Shown here: positions 28,986 to 39,341 of the stretch, in pieces
Numbering within the stretch: position 1 is the first letter of the stretch
How the letters are laid out: every line of letters starts with the position of its first letter
Assembly (NCBI GenBank): GCA_963701295.1
Contig: OY969585.1
Coordinates: 3,328,001-3,392,000, forward strand
Source: Ignavibacteriota bacterium
Lineage (GTDB): Bacteria > Bacteroidota > Ignavibacteria > UBA10030
DNA: 64,000 nt
Direction: 5' to 3'
Notes under the pieces: generated by a model
What the model was told of the DNA's origin: nothing
The model's input: the letters and a program-made list of their open reading frames with translations, nothing else
Databases searched by the model: none
Made by a program: the position numbers and the translations under genes

Positions 28986-30077
28986 ATGAAGCGCATTTTT
29001 ATTCTTTTCTTTGTTTTTAGTGCCGGTAGCTTGTTCAATCAAAAATCTTGGACAGCTCTCAATCCAAATCCATCCGATCTTAGCATGCAGGTTGGTTTTT
29101 TTTATTCCTCACTCTCCCCTTATGGCGAATGGATTGAAATAGAATCCGGACTCAGGGTTTGGCGGCCTTTGCATATACATAATCAATGGCGGCCATATCT
29201 TTTAGGAAGATGGGTTTGGACTGATTATGGATGGTACTGGATGTCAAATGAACCGTTTGGTTGGATTACGTATCACTATGGCCGTTGGTATAACGATGGC
29301 TATTATGGCTGGGTATGGATGCCGGATGATGTCTGGGGACCTGCATGGGTAGAATGGAGATATAATGACGACTATATTGGCTGGGCACCTTTACCGCCGT
29401 ATGCAACATTCAATGTTTCATTGGGAATGAGATTTACAACACATTGGGTAGCTCCCGTGCATTACTGGAACTTCGTTCGGTATCATCGCTTTGGAACTGT
29501 TATTCGTTATAGAGATATTGCATCAGTGGAATATGCAGAACGCCTCATTCACACAACACGTACCGATTCGCGGTATGAGGTAAATCATGATCGCATCATC
29601 AATCGTGGCGTTGACCGAGCGATCATCGAGCGGCGTGGCAATGTACGAATTTCAAGAACAGAGGTGCGGGATGTGCATGAACAATCTGGAGAGCGGATGA
29701 TACGATCCGATGGCGATCGACGTATAGAATGTATTGAAATATATCGTCCAACAAGAGATGAAATGCACCAGGGCATAAAACGCATCGAAGTACGACGCGG
29801 CAACCGTGCTCTTTCAATTGATATGAAAAAGATTGAACGGTCGCGGAAGTACACCCCGCGAGTGCAAGAGCAGAAATCGCAGCAAGACAGAAAAGAAATG
29901 AGACATGAGCTTATCAAACGATATAGGCGTAAATATAATCCTTCGCCGCCCACGACACTTGGAGGGCCACAAAAAAGAAGAGAACGTCATCGAGAGAGTT
30001 CTCCACGTACACATCCTAATGGATCTGCACTGGAGAAGCGCTCAAATCGAAGTGGCGATAAACGAAGAGATCAATAA
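28986..30077 (+). CDS. DUF6600-like Trp/Tyr-rich exported protein with basic disordered tail
   Basis: LSPYGEW, WRPY..GRWVWTDYGWYW.S.EPFGW.TYHYGRW, WGPAWV, IGWAPLPP. Confidence 0.8.
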   Translation: MKRIFILFFVFSAGSLFNQKSWTALNPNPSDLSMQVGFFYSSLSPYGEWIEIESGLRVWRPLHIHNQWRPYLLGRWVWTDYGWYWMSNEPFGWITYHYGRWYNDGYYGWVWMPDDVWGPAWVEWRYNDDYIGWAPLPPYATFNVSLGMRFTTHWVAPVHYWNFVRYHRFGTVIRYRDIASVEYAERLIHTTRTDSRYEVNHDRIINRGVDRAIIERRGNVRISRTEVRDVHEQSGERMIRSDGDRRIECIEIYRPTRDEMHQGIKRIEVRRGNRALSIDMKKIERSRKYTPRVQEQKSQQDRKEMRHELIKRYRRKYNPSPPTTLGGPQKRRERHRESSPRTHPNGSALEKRSNRSGDKRRDQ

Positions 30078-30181
30078 ATGACGGATGATAAACTACAGGC
30101 AGGCAGGGATGTAATAGGCGTTGACATAATGAAAAGACTCCCCAATGCCAACACTATCGTCTAGAAATTACCAGCAATTTC

Positions 30182-30589
30182 TTAAAATTCCGGTCTATTC
30201 TCAATATCTTTTTCAACAACAGTTATCAAATTATCTGTGGTTTTTGCCAAACGTTCAGCAAGATTGATTATTATTTGCTTTGTCATTTTTGGATAATGCT
30301 CGATGATATTATCAAGAGATGTCTTAAAATGGATTACCTGCGTCGGCTCAAGTGCAATCAACGTAGCAGTTCGTGGAGTGTTGAGAATACTACTCAGTTC
30401 ACCAAAAACAACTCCACGCTGGTCAAACTCCGCCACTTCTTTATTATGCTTAAAAACACCGACCCTCCCTTTCAACAAAACGTACCATCCAACTTCCTTA
30501 TCCCCTTCGCTTGCAATAACCTGTTTTTCTGTGTACTCCTGAATGTTGCTGGAGTTCAGCAGTTCATTATCCTCGATAATATTCTTCAT
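30182..30589 (-). CDS. Cyclic nucleotide-binding domain protein
   Basis: EGD, G.VFGELS, PRTAT. Confidence 0.85.
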   Translation of the reverse strand: MKNIIEDNELLNSSNIQEYTEKQVIASEGDKEVGWYVLLKGRVGVFKHNKEVAEFDQRGVVFGELSSILNTPRTATLIALEPTQVIHFKTSLDNIIEHYPKMTKQIIINLAERLAKTTDNLITVVEKDIENRPEF

Positions 30590-30643
30590 CGCATATCCCT
30601 CTATGAACGTCAGACATAAGAAATATAGATCGAATACTTTTTA

Positions 30644-31702
30644 TCACTTTTTAACTCCTCCGTCGATTTCTTTTATTGCATGAACAACATTATCGATTTG
30701 AATCTCATTCATACAGCGAAAATGTCCTTCAGGGCAAATGCTGCGGCCAATATGGGAACACGGTCTGCAATACAGTCCTTTTCGTTCTATGACAATATTT
30801 TTTGTGCCAACTGGAAAGAAACCAAACTCACGCACAGTTGGACCAAAGATTGCTACTATCTTCTTTTTCATCGCAGCGGCAATATGCATCAATCCTGAGT
30901 CATTCGTCACTATGACATCACAAAACTGCATTGCGGCGGCTGTCTCTAACAGAGAGAATTGATCACTGTATTCAACTGCATATTCTTCTTCGGAATTTTT
31001 ATTTATTCCATTTGCAATTGCTGTACATACGACAGTATCACTTTTTCCACCGAATAAAATTATTTTCGCTTTCAGTTCGTGTACTAATTGAATTCCCGCT
31101 TCGATGAAACGTTCTTCCGGCCACCGTTTTGTCGCATGTTTTGCTGATGGGCAGAATCCGACAACTTTTTCAAAGGTACGAACCTTGAGAGAGGACATTT
31201 TCCTTAAAACTTTATTCATTATTTCATCGGGAATAAAGACCTCCAACCCTTGAGAATCGTTCTCTATTCCATAGATTCCCACCGGTTCAATATAACGGTC
31301 GGCGATAGATACAATATCCTGGTAACAGTTTTTCTTCAATCTTACCAGGATCGTCCGAGCAAATATTCGCTTGTTGATCACAACAATATCTTTTGCTCCA
31401 CTGAAAGAACGAATGTATCGGCTTCGCAGACTATTGTGAATATCGATAATCAGATCATACTTCTCGTGTCGTATTATCTCTTTGAATCGTCGTAATTCTT
31501 GAAATCCTCCTTGAGCATCAAATTCAAAAGTATGGTTGAGATTTGGATTATAACGAATGAGTTCACTATATTCTTTCCGAACCATAAAATCAATTTGGGA
31601 GGACGGAAATCGTGAACGCAAAGCTCGTATGAGCGGAGAGGCGAGAACGACATCTCCGATGGAACTAAATCGGATTACGAGTGTTTTATTTGGTGTAAGC
31701 AT
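30644..31702 (-). CDS. GT9 LPS heptosyltransferase (WaaF-like)
   Basis: IRFSSIGDVV, KRWP, TNDSGLMHIAAA, IFGPT, CRPCS. Confidence 0.9.
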   Translation of the reverse strand: MLTPNKTLVIRFSSIGDVVLASPLIRALRSRFPSSQIDFMVRKEYSELIRYNPNLNHTFEFDAQGGFQELRRFKEIIRHEKYDLIIDIHNSLRSRYIRSFSGAKDIVVINKRIFARTILVRLKKNCYQDIVSIADRYIEPVGIYGIENDSQGLEVFIPDEIMNKVLRKMSSLKVRTFEKVVGFCPSAKHATKRWPEERFIEAGIQLVHELKAKIILFGGKSDTVVCTAIANGINKNSEEEYAVEYSDQFSLLETAAAMQFCDVIVTNDSGLMHIAAAMKKKIVAIFGPTVREFGFFPVGTKNIVIERKGLYCRPCSHIGRSICPEGHFRCMNEIQIDNVVHAIKEIDGGVKK

Positions 31703-31780
31703 ATAATGAGCAAAGTACATGGAATTTTATGCAGGTGCAATTATACAAACAGGACGAAGTAATGATATATTAGGAAAACT

Positions 31781-33292
31781 ATGAAATACGCAAAAACCAT
31801 AGCAGAGTTGAAATCATCTGGATATAAGACGGTTTCAGTGAAGGACGAAATACGAGATAACCTCATCCACAAACTCCAGCAGAATGAGGAGTTGTTCCCG
31901 AGAATTATTGGGTATGAAAAGACGGTGATTCCGTCCATCGTCAATGCCATCCTTGCAAAGCATGACATTCTTTTATTGGGATTACGAGGTCAGGCAAAAT
32001 CACGATTGGTACGAGCTTTGCCATTGTTGTTGGATGAATTCATTCCTGTTATCAAGGGATGTGAAATCAACGATAATCCATTTCAACCCGTATGCAAACA
32101 CTGCAGAGATCTTCTTCAGCAACATGGAGATCGTGTCGAAATCGAATGGATGGGAAGAGACCTCCGCTTTTCTGAAAAACTTGCCACACCCGATGTAACG
32201 ATCGCTGATTTGATCGGTGATATTGATCCTATTAAAGCAGCAACACAGCGGCTTCACTATGCACACGAAGGAGCGATTCACTTCGGGATTATTCCTCGCA
32301 CCAATCGCGGTATTTTTGCAATTAACGAACTTCCCGATCTCCAACCCCGAATCCAGGTTGGATTATTCAACATTATGGAAGAGAAAGATATTCAGATTCG
32401 CGGTTTCAATATTCGAATTCCCTTAGATCTGTTTATCGTCTTTACAGCCAACCCTGAAGACTATACAAATCGTGGAAATCTTATTACTCCATTAAAGGAT
32501 AGGATTGATTCTCAGATCATCACACACTATCCTAAGAGTTTGGAAGACGCTATTGCGATCACAAAACAGGAGGCTTGGATTCATCGCAATGGCCGAGATA
32601 TAAAGATGCCTCTCTACTTTAATGAAATTATAGAACAGATTGGTTTCGAAGCACGGATGAGCGAATTTGTAGATCAAAAGTCCGGTGTCAGTGCCCGCCT
32701 GACTATTTCTGCGATAGAGAATTTTATAAGCAATGCTGAACGGCGAGCAATTCTTTTAAGAGAATCTATGATTGTCCCTCGTTTCTGCGATCTGCTGTCG
32801 ACATTGCCTGCAATAACAGGAAAAGTTGAACTTGTCTTTGAAGGCGAGCAAGAGGGTTCTGTGAAAATAGGCAAGGCATTGATCGGAAAAGCAGTGCGTT
32901 GTATCTTTGAGAAATATTTTCCCAATCCTCTACAGCGAAGACAAAAATCCAGCAGACAAACAGGCGTACACGAAGAAGAAAAATCTGATTATAATTCGAT
33001 CCTCAGTTGGTTTGGATCAGGGAATAAAATTGAGATTGCAGACGACATGCCGTTTGGCAATTATCGCAATGAACTAGGCAAAGTCAAAGGATTACGTGAA
33101 GTAACAGTGAAATATTTGCCTCACGTGAAAGATGATCCCTTCATATTGGCAACGACGATGGAATTTGTACTTGATGCACTTCATCAATATTCCAAAATTG
33201 CCAAGGATGTTGTTGACAGTACAACTGTCTATAAGGATCTCATCGGCAGTATCTTTCAACGACAAGAAGAGACTTTTGAAGAGGAACCTTAA
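31781..33292 (+). CDS. Mg-chelatase/MoxR-like AAA+ ATPase
   Basis: GLRGQAKS, EKLATPD, INELPDL, ANPEDYTNRG. Confidence 0.88.
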   Translation: MKYAKTIAELKSSGYKTVSVKDEIRDNLIHKLQQNEELFPRIIGYEKTVIPSIVNAILAKHDILLLGLRGQAKSRLVRALPLLLDEFIPVIKGCEINDNPFQPVCKHCRDLLQQHGDRVEIEWMGRDLRFSEKLATPDVTIADLIGDIDPIKAATQRLHYAHEGAIHFGIIPRTNRGIFAINELPDLQPRIQVGLFNIMEEKDIQIRGFNIRIPLDLFIVFTANPEDYTNRGNLITPLKDRIDSQIITHYPKSLEDAIAITKQEAWIHRNGRDIKMPLYFNEIIEQIGFEARMSEFVDQKSGVSARLTISAIENFISNAERRAILLRESMIVPRFCDLLSTLPAITGKVELVFEGEQEGSVKIGKALIGKAVRCIFEKYFPNPLQRRQKSSRQTGVHEEEKSDYNSILSWFGSGNKIEIADDMPFGNYRNELGKVKGLREVTVKYLPHVKDDPFILATTMEFVLDALHQYSKIAKDVVDSTTVYKDLIGSIFQRQEETFEEEP

Positions 33293-33294
33293 CC

Positions 33295-34395
33295 GTGCGG
33301 TTTCGTTATAGTCGATGGACAGATAAGTCGAGAACAGACGAACAACGCCTTCGGGAACTCATGAAGGTTTTCAGTTTTCTAACGCTCAAGACAAACGGCG
33401 ATGTTCAGGAAGCGCTTGAGTGGCTCCGAGAATTGGCGGAGCGGTATGGAATCTTTGGTCAAGGTCTCACATTCCAAGATCTCATCGAGAAACTTAAGGA
33501 AATGGGAATCATCGAAGAAATAGTGGGCGTTCCAAACCTTACTCCTCGTGGAATCAGAAAAATAAGGCAAGATGCATTGCTGCAAATATTTTCTTCACTC
33601 AAAAAAGCCCCAAGTGGGAGTCACGAATCGCCACATACAGGACAGGGCGTCGACCGTTTAAATGACACGAAACATTGGACATTCGGAGATCAGCCGACAA
33701 ATATCGACCTTACTAGTACACTCACGAATGCATTCCGCCGTGACGGGATTGACAATTTCCGATTGCAGGAAGAAGATCTCGAAGTGTACGAGACAGAGCA
33801 CATCACTGGTTGTGCCACAGTTCTGCTTCTCGATATCAGCCATAGTATGGTTCTGTATGGTGAAGATAGGATTACACCGGCCAAACAGGTAACACTCGCA
33901 CTTGCGGAATTGATACAATCAAAATTTCCGAAAGATTTTCTTGCGCTTGTAGCGTTTGGCGATGAAGCCCAGCTTGTAAGCATCGGTGAACTTCCCTTTC
34001 TGACTGTCGGGCCATTTCACACGAACACACGAGCCGGATTACAACTCGCACGCAATCTGTTACGGCGATCAGGAAATATCAACAAACAAATCTTTATGGT
34101 AACCGATGGGAAACCGTCTGCAATTTTCGATGACGCCGGACGTCTCTATAAAAATCCTTATGGCCTTGATCCGCGTATAGTAAATAAGACTCTTGACGAA
34201 GCTGTGCAGTGCAGGCGTGAAATGATCACAATCAGTACTTTTATGATTGCACAAGATCCGTCATTGGTCGAGTTTGTTGAGGAACTTACGAAGGTCAATC
34301 GAGGGCGAGCGTACTATACATCTCTTGAAAACCTTGGCGATTTTGTTTTCGTCGACTACATCAGGAACCGACGTAAGAGATATACCTCCCAGTAA
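33295..34395 (+). CDS. VWA domain protein, partner of the AAA+ ATPase
   Basis: MIDAS DISHS, TNT, TDGKPS. Confidence 0.88.
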   Translation: MRFRYSRWTDKSRTDEQRLRELMKVFSFLTLKTNGDVQEALEWLRELAERYGIFGQGLTFQDLIEKLKEMGIIEEIVGVPNLTPRGIRKIRQDALLQIFSSLKKAPSGSHESPHTGQGVDRLNDTKHWTFGDQPTNIDLTSTLTNAFRRDGIDNFRLQEEDLEVYETEHITGCATVLLLDISHSMVLYGEDRITPAKQVTLALAELIQSKFPKDFLALVAFGDEAQLVSIGELPFLTVGPFHTNTRAGLQLARNLLRRSGNINKQIFMVTDGKPSAIFDDAGRLYKNPYGLDPRIVNKTLDEAVQCRREMITISTFMIAQDPSLVEFVEELTKVNRGRAYYTSLENLGDFVFVDYIRNRRKRYTSQ

Positions 34396-34527
34396 ATCCA
34401 TTTACATTTCAGATAGAGGTTTCTTGTTGTTTCTTGAATCTCGACGATTTTTTCTGCATTTTAGCTCAGCAAATAGTTCTTCTGCATGTGGTTAATAATG
34501 AGCTTTTTATTTCACGAGAGCGACAGA

Positions 34528-35292
34528 ATGATTCTTATTTATCCAGCAATAGAAATTAGCCATAATTGCTGTGTCGAAATTGTGCACGGTATCCCCGGTT
34601 CGGAACACGTGTATTCAGTTGATCCGGTTCAATTGGCAGTCATGTGGCGTGGTGAAAATGCTAAGACTCTACACGTCGTTGATTTGGACGGAATTGCTGA
34701 GGGACGCATTGTAAACGAAGATGTTATTCGAAGAATGGTCAAAGCAGTTGATATACCCATCCAAATGGGTGGTGGATTGCGAACTTACGATGAGATTAAG
34801 AGAGTTCTTGATCTCGGCGTGTATCGGGTTTCGATTGCCACTGCTGCCGTCGAGCAGCCGGGACTTGTGGAACGATTAGTAAAGGAATTCGGTACACGGA
34901 AAATCGATATTGCAATTATTTCAGAAGGTGGCAAAGTGTCAATTAAGGGAGGCGCAGAGGCGACAAAAATCACGCCGCTCAATCTTGCTTTGCAAATGAC
35001 TCGGCTCGGCGTATCACGGATTCTCTATGGTGAACGCGAAGATGGAGTACATGATAAATCATTGCCCTACGATACTCTCAAAGAATTAGCAATCAAGACA
35101 GGTGTTCGCATTACAGCTCGCGGTGGCGTTTCGAATTATAAAGACCTTATGCGATTGCAGGAACTCGAAAAGTACGGTGTCGATTCGGTCGTTGTCGGAA
35201 AACCGTTATACGAAAATCATTTTCCATGCCAGGCACTTTGGCGCTTAAACGAATTAGCGCTTACTGATCTCGGACCAACACGAAGAATCTAA
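34528..35292 (+). CDS. HisA/HisF-family TIM-barrel protein with altered catalytic residues
   Basis: LHVVDLDG, IQMGGGLR, RGGV, VVVGKPLY; PAIE in place of PAID. Confidence 0.8.
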   Translation: MILIYPAIEISHNCCVEIVHGIPGSEHVYSVDPVQLAVMWRGENAKTLHVVDLDGIAEGRIVNEDVIRRMVKAVDIPIQMGGGLRTYDEIKRVLDLGVYRVSIATAAVEQPGLVERLVKEFGTRKIDIAIISEGGKVSIKGGAEATKITPLNLALQMTRLGVSRILYGEREDGVHDKSLPYDTLKELAIKTGVRITARGGVSNYKDLMRLQELEKYGVDSVVVGKPLYENHFPCQALWRLNELALTDLGPTRRI

Positions 35293-36270
35293 ATGATTAT
35301 CACTGTTATCGGACATCTCTCTAAAGATGTTGTCCATCTGCTGGATGAAAAAGAAAATCAACAAGAATCTTTTGGTGGAATTTTGTTCACCGTGCTCACG
35401 CTCGCCAATGTGATGAGTGAGAAAGACCGGATTCAACCAGTCTTTGGTGTCGGGCAAACGGATTACGAACTGTTGATGGAACAAATCAAGCAATATAAGA
35501 ATATCGATACGAGCGGAATTTTTAGAATTAAAGGTCAAACAAATCAAGTACATTTTTTCTATCAGAAAGATGCTCAAACGAAAATCGAGTGTTCCAAGTA
35601 CATCTCCGCACCGATTCCCTTCAACCGCATCAAGCCATATCTTGACGGTGACGCGGTGCTGATCAATATGATTTCAGGATCGGATATCACGCTAGAAACA
35701 CTGGATTACATCCGTATGGAAATCCGCGAACGGAAGATTCCCATCCACTTCGATTTCCATTCACTCACACTTGGGATCGATCAGGAGTTTAGACGTTTCC
35801 ATCGTCCCCTTACTGATTGGCGCCGTTGGTGTTTCATGCTCAACTCTATCCAAATGAGCGAAGAAGAAGCTTTTGGACTTTCGGCAGAACGGTACGATGA
35901 AACGACACTCACCAACCATGTAATGACATTGATGGTCGAGACACTGGTAATTACACGCAGCGAGCGTGGAGCAACCGTCATTGTGCAGGACATCCATAAA
36001 AAACTTTCGCGCAAAGATTTCGCAGGCGTTTCATTCGGTACTGCAATCGATACGACCGGATGCGGCGATGTTTTCGGCGCGGCATTTTTATATCACTATC
36101 TTAAATCTAAGGACAGCTTCGTCGCAGCTGAGTTTGCAAACAAGGCAGCGGCTCTTAATGCAACCTTCAAAAATGCTCAAGAGCTTGATGGCCTTCGTAC
36201 CAAGCTTGAGCAACTTGGAGTAGCCATTTCCAAGCCGGCAACCAACGGGAAACCAACGAACGGCTCTTGA
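35293..36270 (+). CDS. PfkB-family carbohydrate kinase
   Basis: DTTGCGDVFGAAF signature. Confidence 0.85.
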   Translation: MIITVIGHLSKDVVHLLDEKENQQESFGGILFTVLTLANVMSEKDRIQPVFGVGQTDYELLMEQIKQYKNIDTSGIFRIKGQTNQVHFFYQKDAQTKIECSKYISAPIPFNRIKPYLDGDAVLINMISGSDITLETLDYIRMEIRERKIPIHFDFHSLTLGIDQEFRRFHRPLTDWRRWCFMLNSIQMSEEEAFGLSAERYDETTLTNHVMTLMVETLVITRSERGATVIVQDIHKKLSRKDFAGVSFGTAIDTTGCGDVFGAAFLYHYLKSKDSFVAAEFANKAAALNATFKNAQELDGLRTKLEQLGVAISKPATNGKPTNGS

Positions 36271-36291
36271 TCGCCGAGGAGATTTTTTTGC

Positions 36292-37140
36292 ATGATCTTA
36301 AAAGAACGAATTGAATTATTTTTCACACAAGATATTGATAAGATAGATCGTCAATCTGCGATACAGACATTCAACGAATTGAAGTTCTTTTTGAATGTTG
36401 GTGATGTCCGGGCAGCTACACCATCGTCAACCGCAGGAAATCACGGCGGTTGGATTGTCAATGAATGGGTGAAGAAAGGCATTTTGCTCGGCTTTCGACT
36501 TGGCGAACTTACGGATGTTTCCATTGACGAACATTTCAAATATTTTGACAAGAATACATATCCATTAAAAAAAATTACGCTGGAAAACCAGATACGGATC
36601 GTACCTGGTGGATCATCTATTCGTGATGGGTCTTACGTCGCTTCTGGAGTTATGGTCATGCCTCCGGCTTATATTAATGTTGGCGCATATGTTGGCAGCG
36701 GCACCATGGTTGATTCACATGCACTGATTGGTTCATGTGCACAAGTCGGGGAACGCGTTCATCTCAGTGCCGCGGCACAGATTGGTGGTGTTTTGGATCC
36801 CATCGGTGCCATGCCTGTGATTATCGAAGATGATGTGTTTGTCGGCGGTAATTGCGGAATCTTCGAAGGAACGATTGTAAAACAAAGAGCAGTTATTGCA
36901 GCAGGTGTTATCATGACCGGTTCGACTCCTGTGTATGATCTGGTAAACTCAAAAATCTATCGAAAAACAAAAGACACACCACTCATTATTCCTGAAGGCG
37001 CAGTTATTGTTCCCGGAAGCCGAGGTCTTGATGCGCCCTTTGCACACCAGCATCACCTCGCTCTCTACGCGCCCATCATCGTCAAGTATCGCGACAGCAA
37101 TACACACGCTGCTACGGTGCTGGAAGAAAGCCTTCGATGA
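36292..37140 (+). CDS. dapD: Tetrahydrodipicolinate N-succinyltransferase
   Basis: WVKKGILL.F, NVGAYV, GSCAQ, IGGVLDP. Confidence 0.92.
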   Translation: MILKERIELFFTQDIDKIDRQSAIQTFNELKFFLNVGDVRAATPSSTAGNHGGWIVNEWVKKGILLGFRLGELTDVSIDEHFKYFDKNTYPLKKITLENQIRIVPGGSSIRDGSYVASGVMVMPPAYINVGAYVGSGTMVDSHALIGSCAQVGERVHLSAAAQIGGVLDPIGAMPVIIEDDVFVGGNCGIFEGTIVKQRAVIAAGVIMTGSTPVYDLVNSKIYRKTKDTPLIIPEGAVIVPGSRGLDAPFAHQHHLALYAPIIVKYRDSNTHAATVLEESLR

Positions 37141-38048
37141 AGCGGATTCTCATCTGCGGAGCTAATGGGCTTCTCGGTCAACGTCTTTCCCTTATGCTCA
37201 GTACACAAACCGATTATGAAGTATTGAATACTTCCATCGAGCGTTCATTTGTTTTTGATAATATGTTGTTCGATTACAACCAGCTGGATATCACAAATCG
37301 GAGTGATGTAAAAAGTCTTGCGTCAAGCTTTCAGCCGAACGTGATTTTCAATGCTGCTGGCGCAACTAACGTCGACTGGTGTGAATCGAACCGCGAAGAG
37401 ACATGGAAAGTCAATGTGACCGCAGTTGACAATCTTGCCGATGCAGCGCGAAAAGTCGGGGCCAGACTTATCCATGTCTCAACAGATTATGTGTTCGATG
37501 GAAAGAGTGGTCCGTATGATGAAGGGGCGCAACCTCGTCCTATTGGATATTATGGTAAAACGAAGCTTGCCAGTGAGAATGCCATTCGAACTGCCGGTAT
37601 TCCCAATGTCATTCTTCGCACGATTGTTCTGTATGGAAGTGGTATCGGTGTAAAAGCGAATTTTGCCTTATGGGTGATTAACAACCTTAAATCCGGAAAG
37701 CAAATAAATGTGGTCGATGACCAGATTGGTAATCCAACGTATGTAGGTGATTTAGCTCTCGCAATGATTAAGTCATTCGAGTTGAATCGCGAAGGCATTT
37801 TTCACATTGGCGGCGGCGAGCAGCTGAGTAGATACGATTTTGCCATACAGGCCGCAAAGGTTTTCGGTTTGGATGCGTCTTTAATCAAGCGAGTCAAAAC
37901 AGGCGATCTGAACCAAGCATCACCTCGCCCATTGATTTCCGGCTTCATCACATTAAAAGCCGAAACGCAGCTTGGTATGCGCTTCCTGAACACAGAGGAA
38001 GGATTGACGTTGCTGAAACATGAACTTCAGCATATCGGCAGGAATTGA
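37137..38048 (+). CDS. rfbD: dTDP-4-dehydrorhamnose reductase family SDR
   Basis: GANGLLG, STDYVFDG, YGKTK, DDQIGNPT. Confidence 0.88.
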   Translation: MKRILICGANGLLGQRLSLMLSTQTDYEVLNTSIERSFVFDNMLFDYNQLDITNRSDVKSLASSFQPNVIFNAAGATNVDWCESNREETWKVNVTAVDNLADAARKVGARLIHVSTDYVFDGKSGPYDEGAQPRPIGYYGKTKLASENAIRTAGIPNVILRTIVLYGSGIGVKANFALWVINNLKSGKQINVVDDQIGNPTYVGDLALAMIKSFELNREGIFHIGGGEQLSRYDFAIQAAKVFGLDASLIKRVKTGDLNQASPRPLISGFITLKAETQLGMRFLNTEEGLTLLKHELQHIGRN

Positions 38049-38066
38049 AAAAGAGGGATAACAATT

Positions 38067-39332
38067 ATGTTGGACTTAAAATTTATCCATGAGAATCGCG
38101 ATTTGGTTCGCGCCGGTGCAGAAGCAAAAGGCATCACCGTCAACCTTGATACGATATGTGCTATCGACGACAAGCGCAAAGCACTTATTCAGGAAGGCGA
38201 TGCCTTAAAAGCGAAACGCAACCAGGTATCTGCTCAAGTTGGAAAAATAAAAAAGGAAGGCGGCGATGCAAGCGGGGTCATTGCGGAGATGGAATCTGTG
38301 AAAACCCGAATTCAGGAAATCGATAGCGAGATGCGCGAAGTTGAAAAGAATCTAAACACGCTCTTGCTTACTGTACCGAACATTCCGCATCCTTCTGTCC
38401 CGCTCGGAAAAACTCCTGCAGACAACAAAGAGGTCTTCCGCTGGGGCGAGGTGCCTAAGATGGACTTCCCTATGAAACCGCATTGGGAGTTTACCGATAA
38501 GTTCGGCATAGTTGATTTTAATCGTGGCTCGAAAGTTTCCGGAGCAGGATTTCCATTTTATGTCGGCAAAGGTGCCACTTTAGAACGCGCACTCATCAAC
38601 TTTTTTCTCGATCAAGCGGCGCAACGCGGTTATAGAGAGATTATGCCGCCTATTATTGTCAACGAGGATAGCGCTCGCGGCACCGGGCAAATTCCGGATA
38701 AAGAGGACTTGATGTACATTGTAGAACGGGATCAACTCTACATAATTCCGACTGCTGAAGTGCCAGTCACCAACTTCCATCGTGACGAACAAATTGCTGA
38801 GCAGGATCTCCCGATTCGATATGCCGCTTACACTCCATGTTTCCGGCGGGAAGCGGGTTCGTACGGCAAAGATGTGCGGGGCTTGAATCGACTTCATCAG
38901 TTTGATAAGGTCGAGTTAGTGAAGTTTGTTCATCCTTCAAAATCGTACGACGAATTAGAATCGCTGCGACAAGATGCCGAACATCTTCTCCAGCTTCTTG
39001 GCCTTCCCTACCATACACTTCTTATGTGCACAGGCGATATGGGATTCACACAAGCAAAGAAATACGATCTTGAAGTCTGGGCACCGGGCCAACAAAAATG
39101 GCTGGAAGTATCATCATGCAGCAACTTTGAGTCGTTTCAGGCGCGGCGGATGAATATCAAATTCCGCCCAAGGAACGGCGGCAAACCGGAAATTGTTCAT
39201 ACTTTAAATGGATCGGGTTTAGCACTGCCGCGTGTTGTCGCAGCTCTCATAGAGCATTATCAAACACCGGAAGGAAAGATCATTATTCCAAAGATTTTAC
39301 ACCCATACACAAAATTTGAAGTAATCGGATAA
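38067..39332 (+). CDS. serS: Serine--tRNA ligase
   Basis: PTAEVP, CFRREAGSYGKD, HQFDKVEL, HTLNGSGLA. Confidence 0.97.
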   Translation: MLDLKFIHENRDLVRAGAEAKGITVNLDTICAIDDKRKALIQEGDALKAKRNQVSAQVGKIKKEGGDASGVIAEMESVKTRIQEIDSEMREVEKNLNTLLLTVPNIPHPSVPLGKTPADNKEVFRWGEVPKMDFPMKPHWEFTDKFGIVDFNRGSKVSGAGFPFYVGKGATLERALINFFLDQAAQRGYREIMPPIIVNEDSARGTGQIPDKEDLMYIVERDQLYIIPTAEVPVTNFHRDEQIAEQDLPIRYAAYTPCFRREAGSYGKDVRGLNRLHQFDKVELVKFVHPSKSYDELESLRQDAEHLLQLLGLPYHTLLMCTGDMGFTQAKKYDLEVWAPGQQKWLEVSSCSNFESFQARRMNIKFRPRNGGKPEIVHTLNGSGLALPRVVAALIEHYQTPEGKIIIPKILHPYTKFEVIG

Positions 39333-39341
39333 ATACATTAC

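Noticed and set aside
31781-34395. AAA+ ATPase plus VWA pair as a novel system
   Set aside because: A widespread, already known gene pair, and nothing unusual is seen here.
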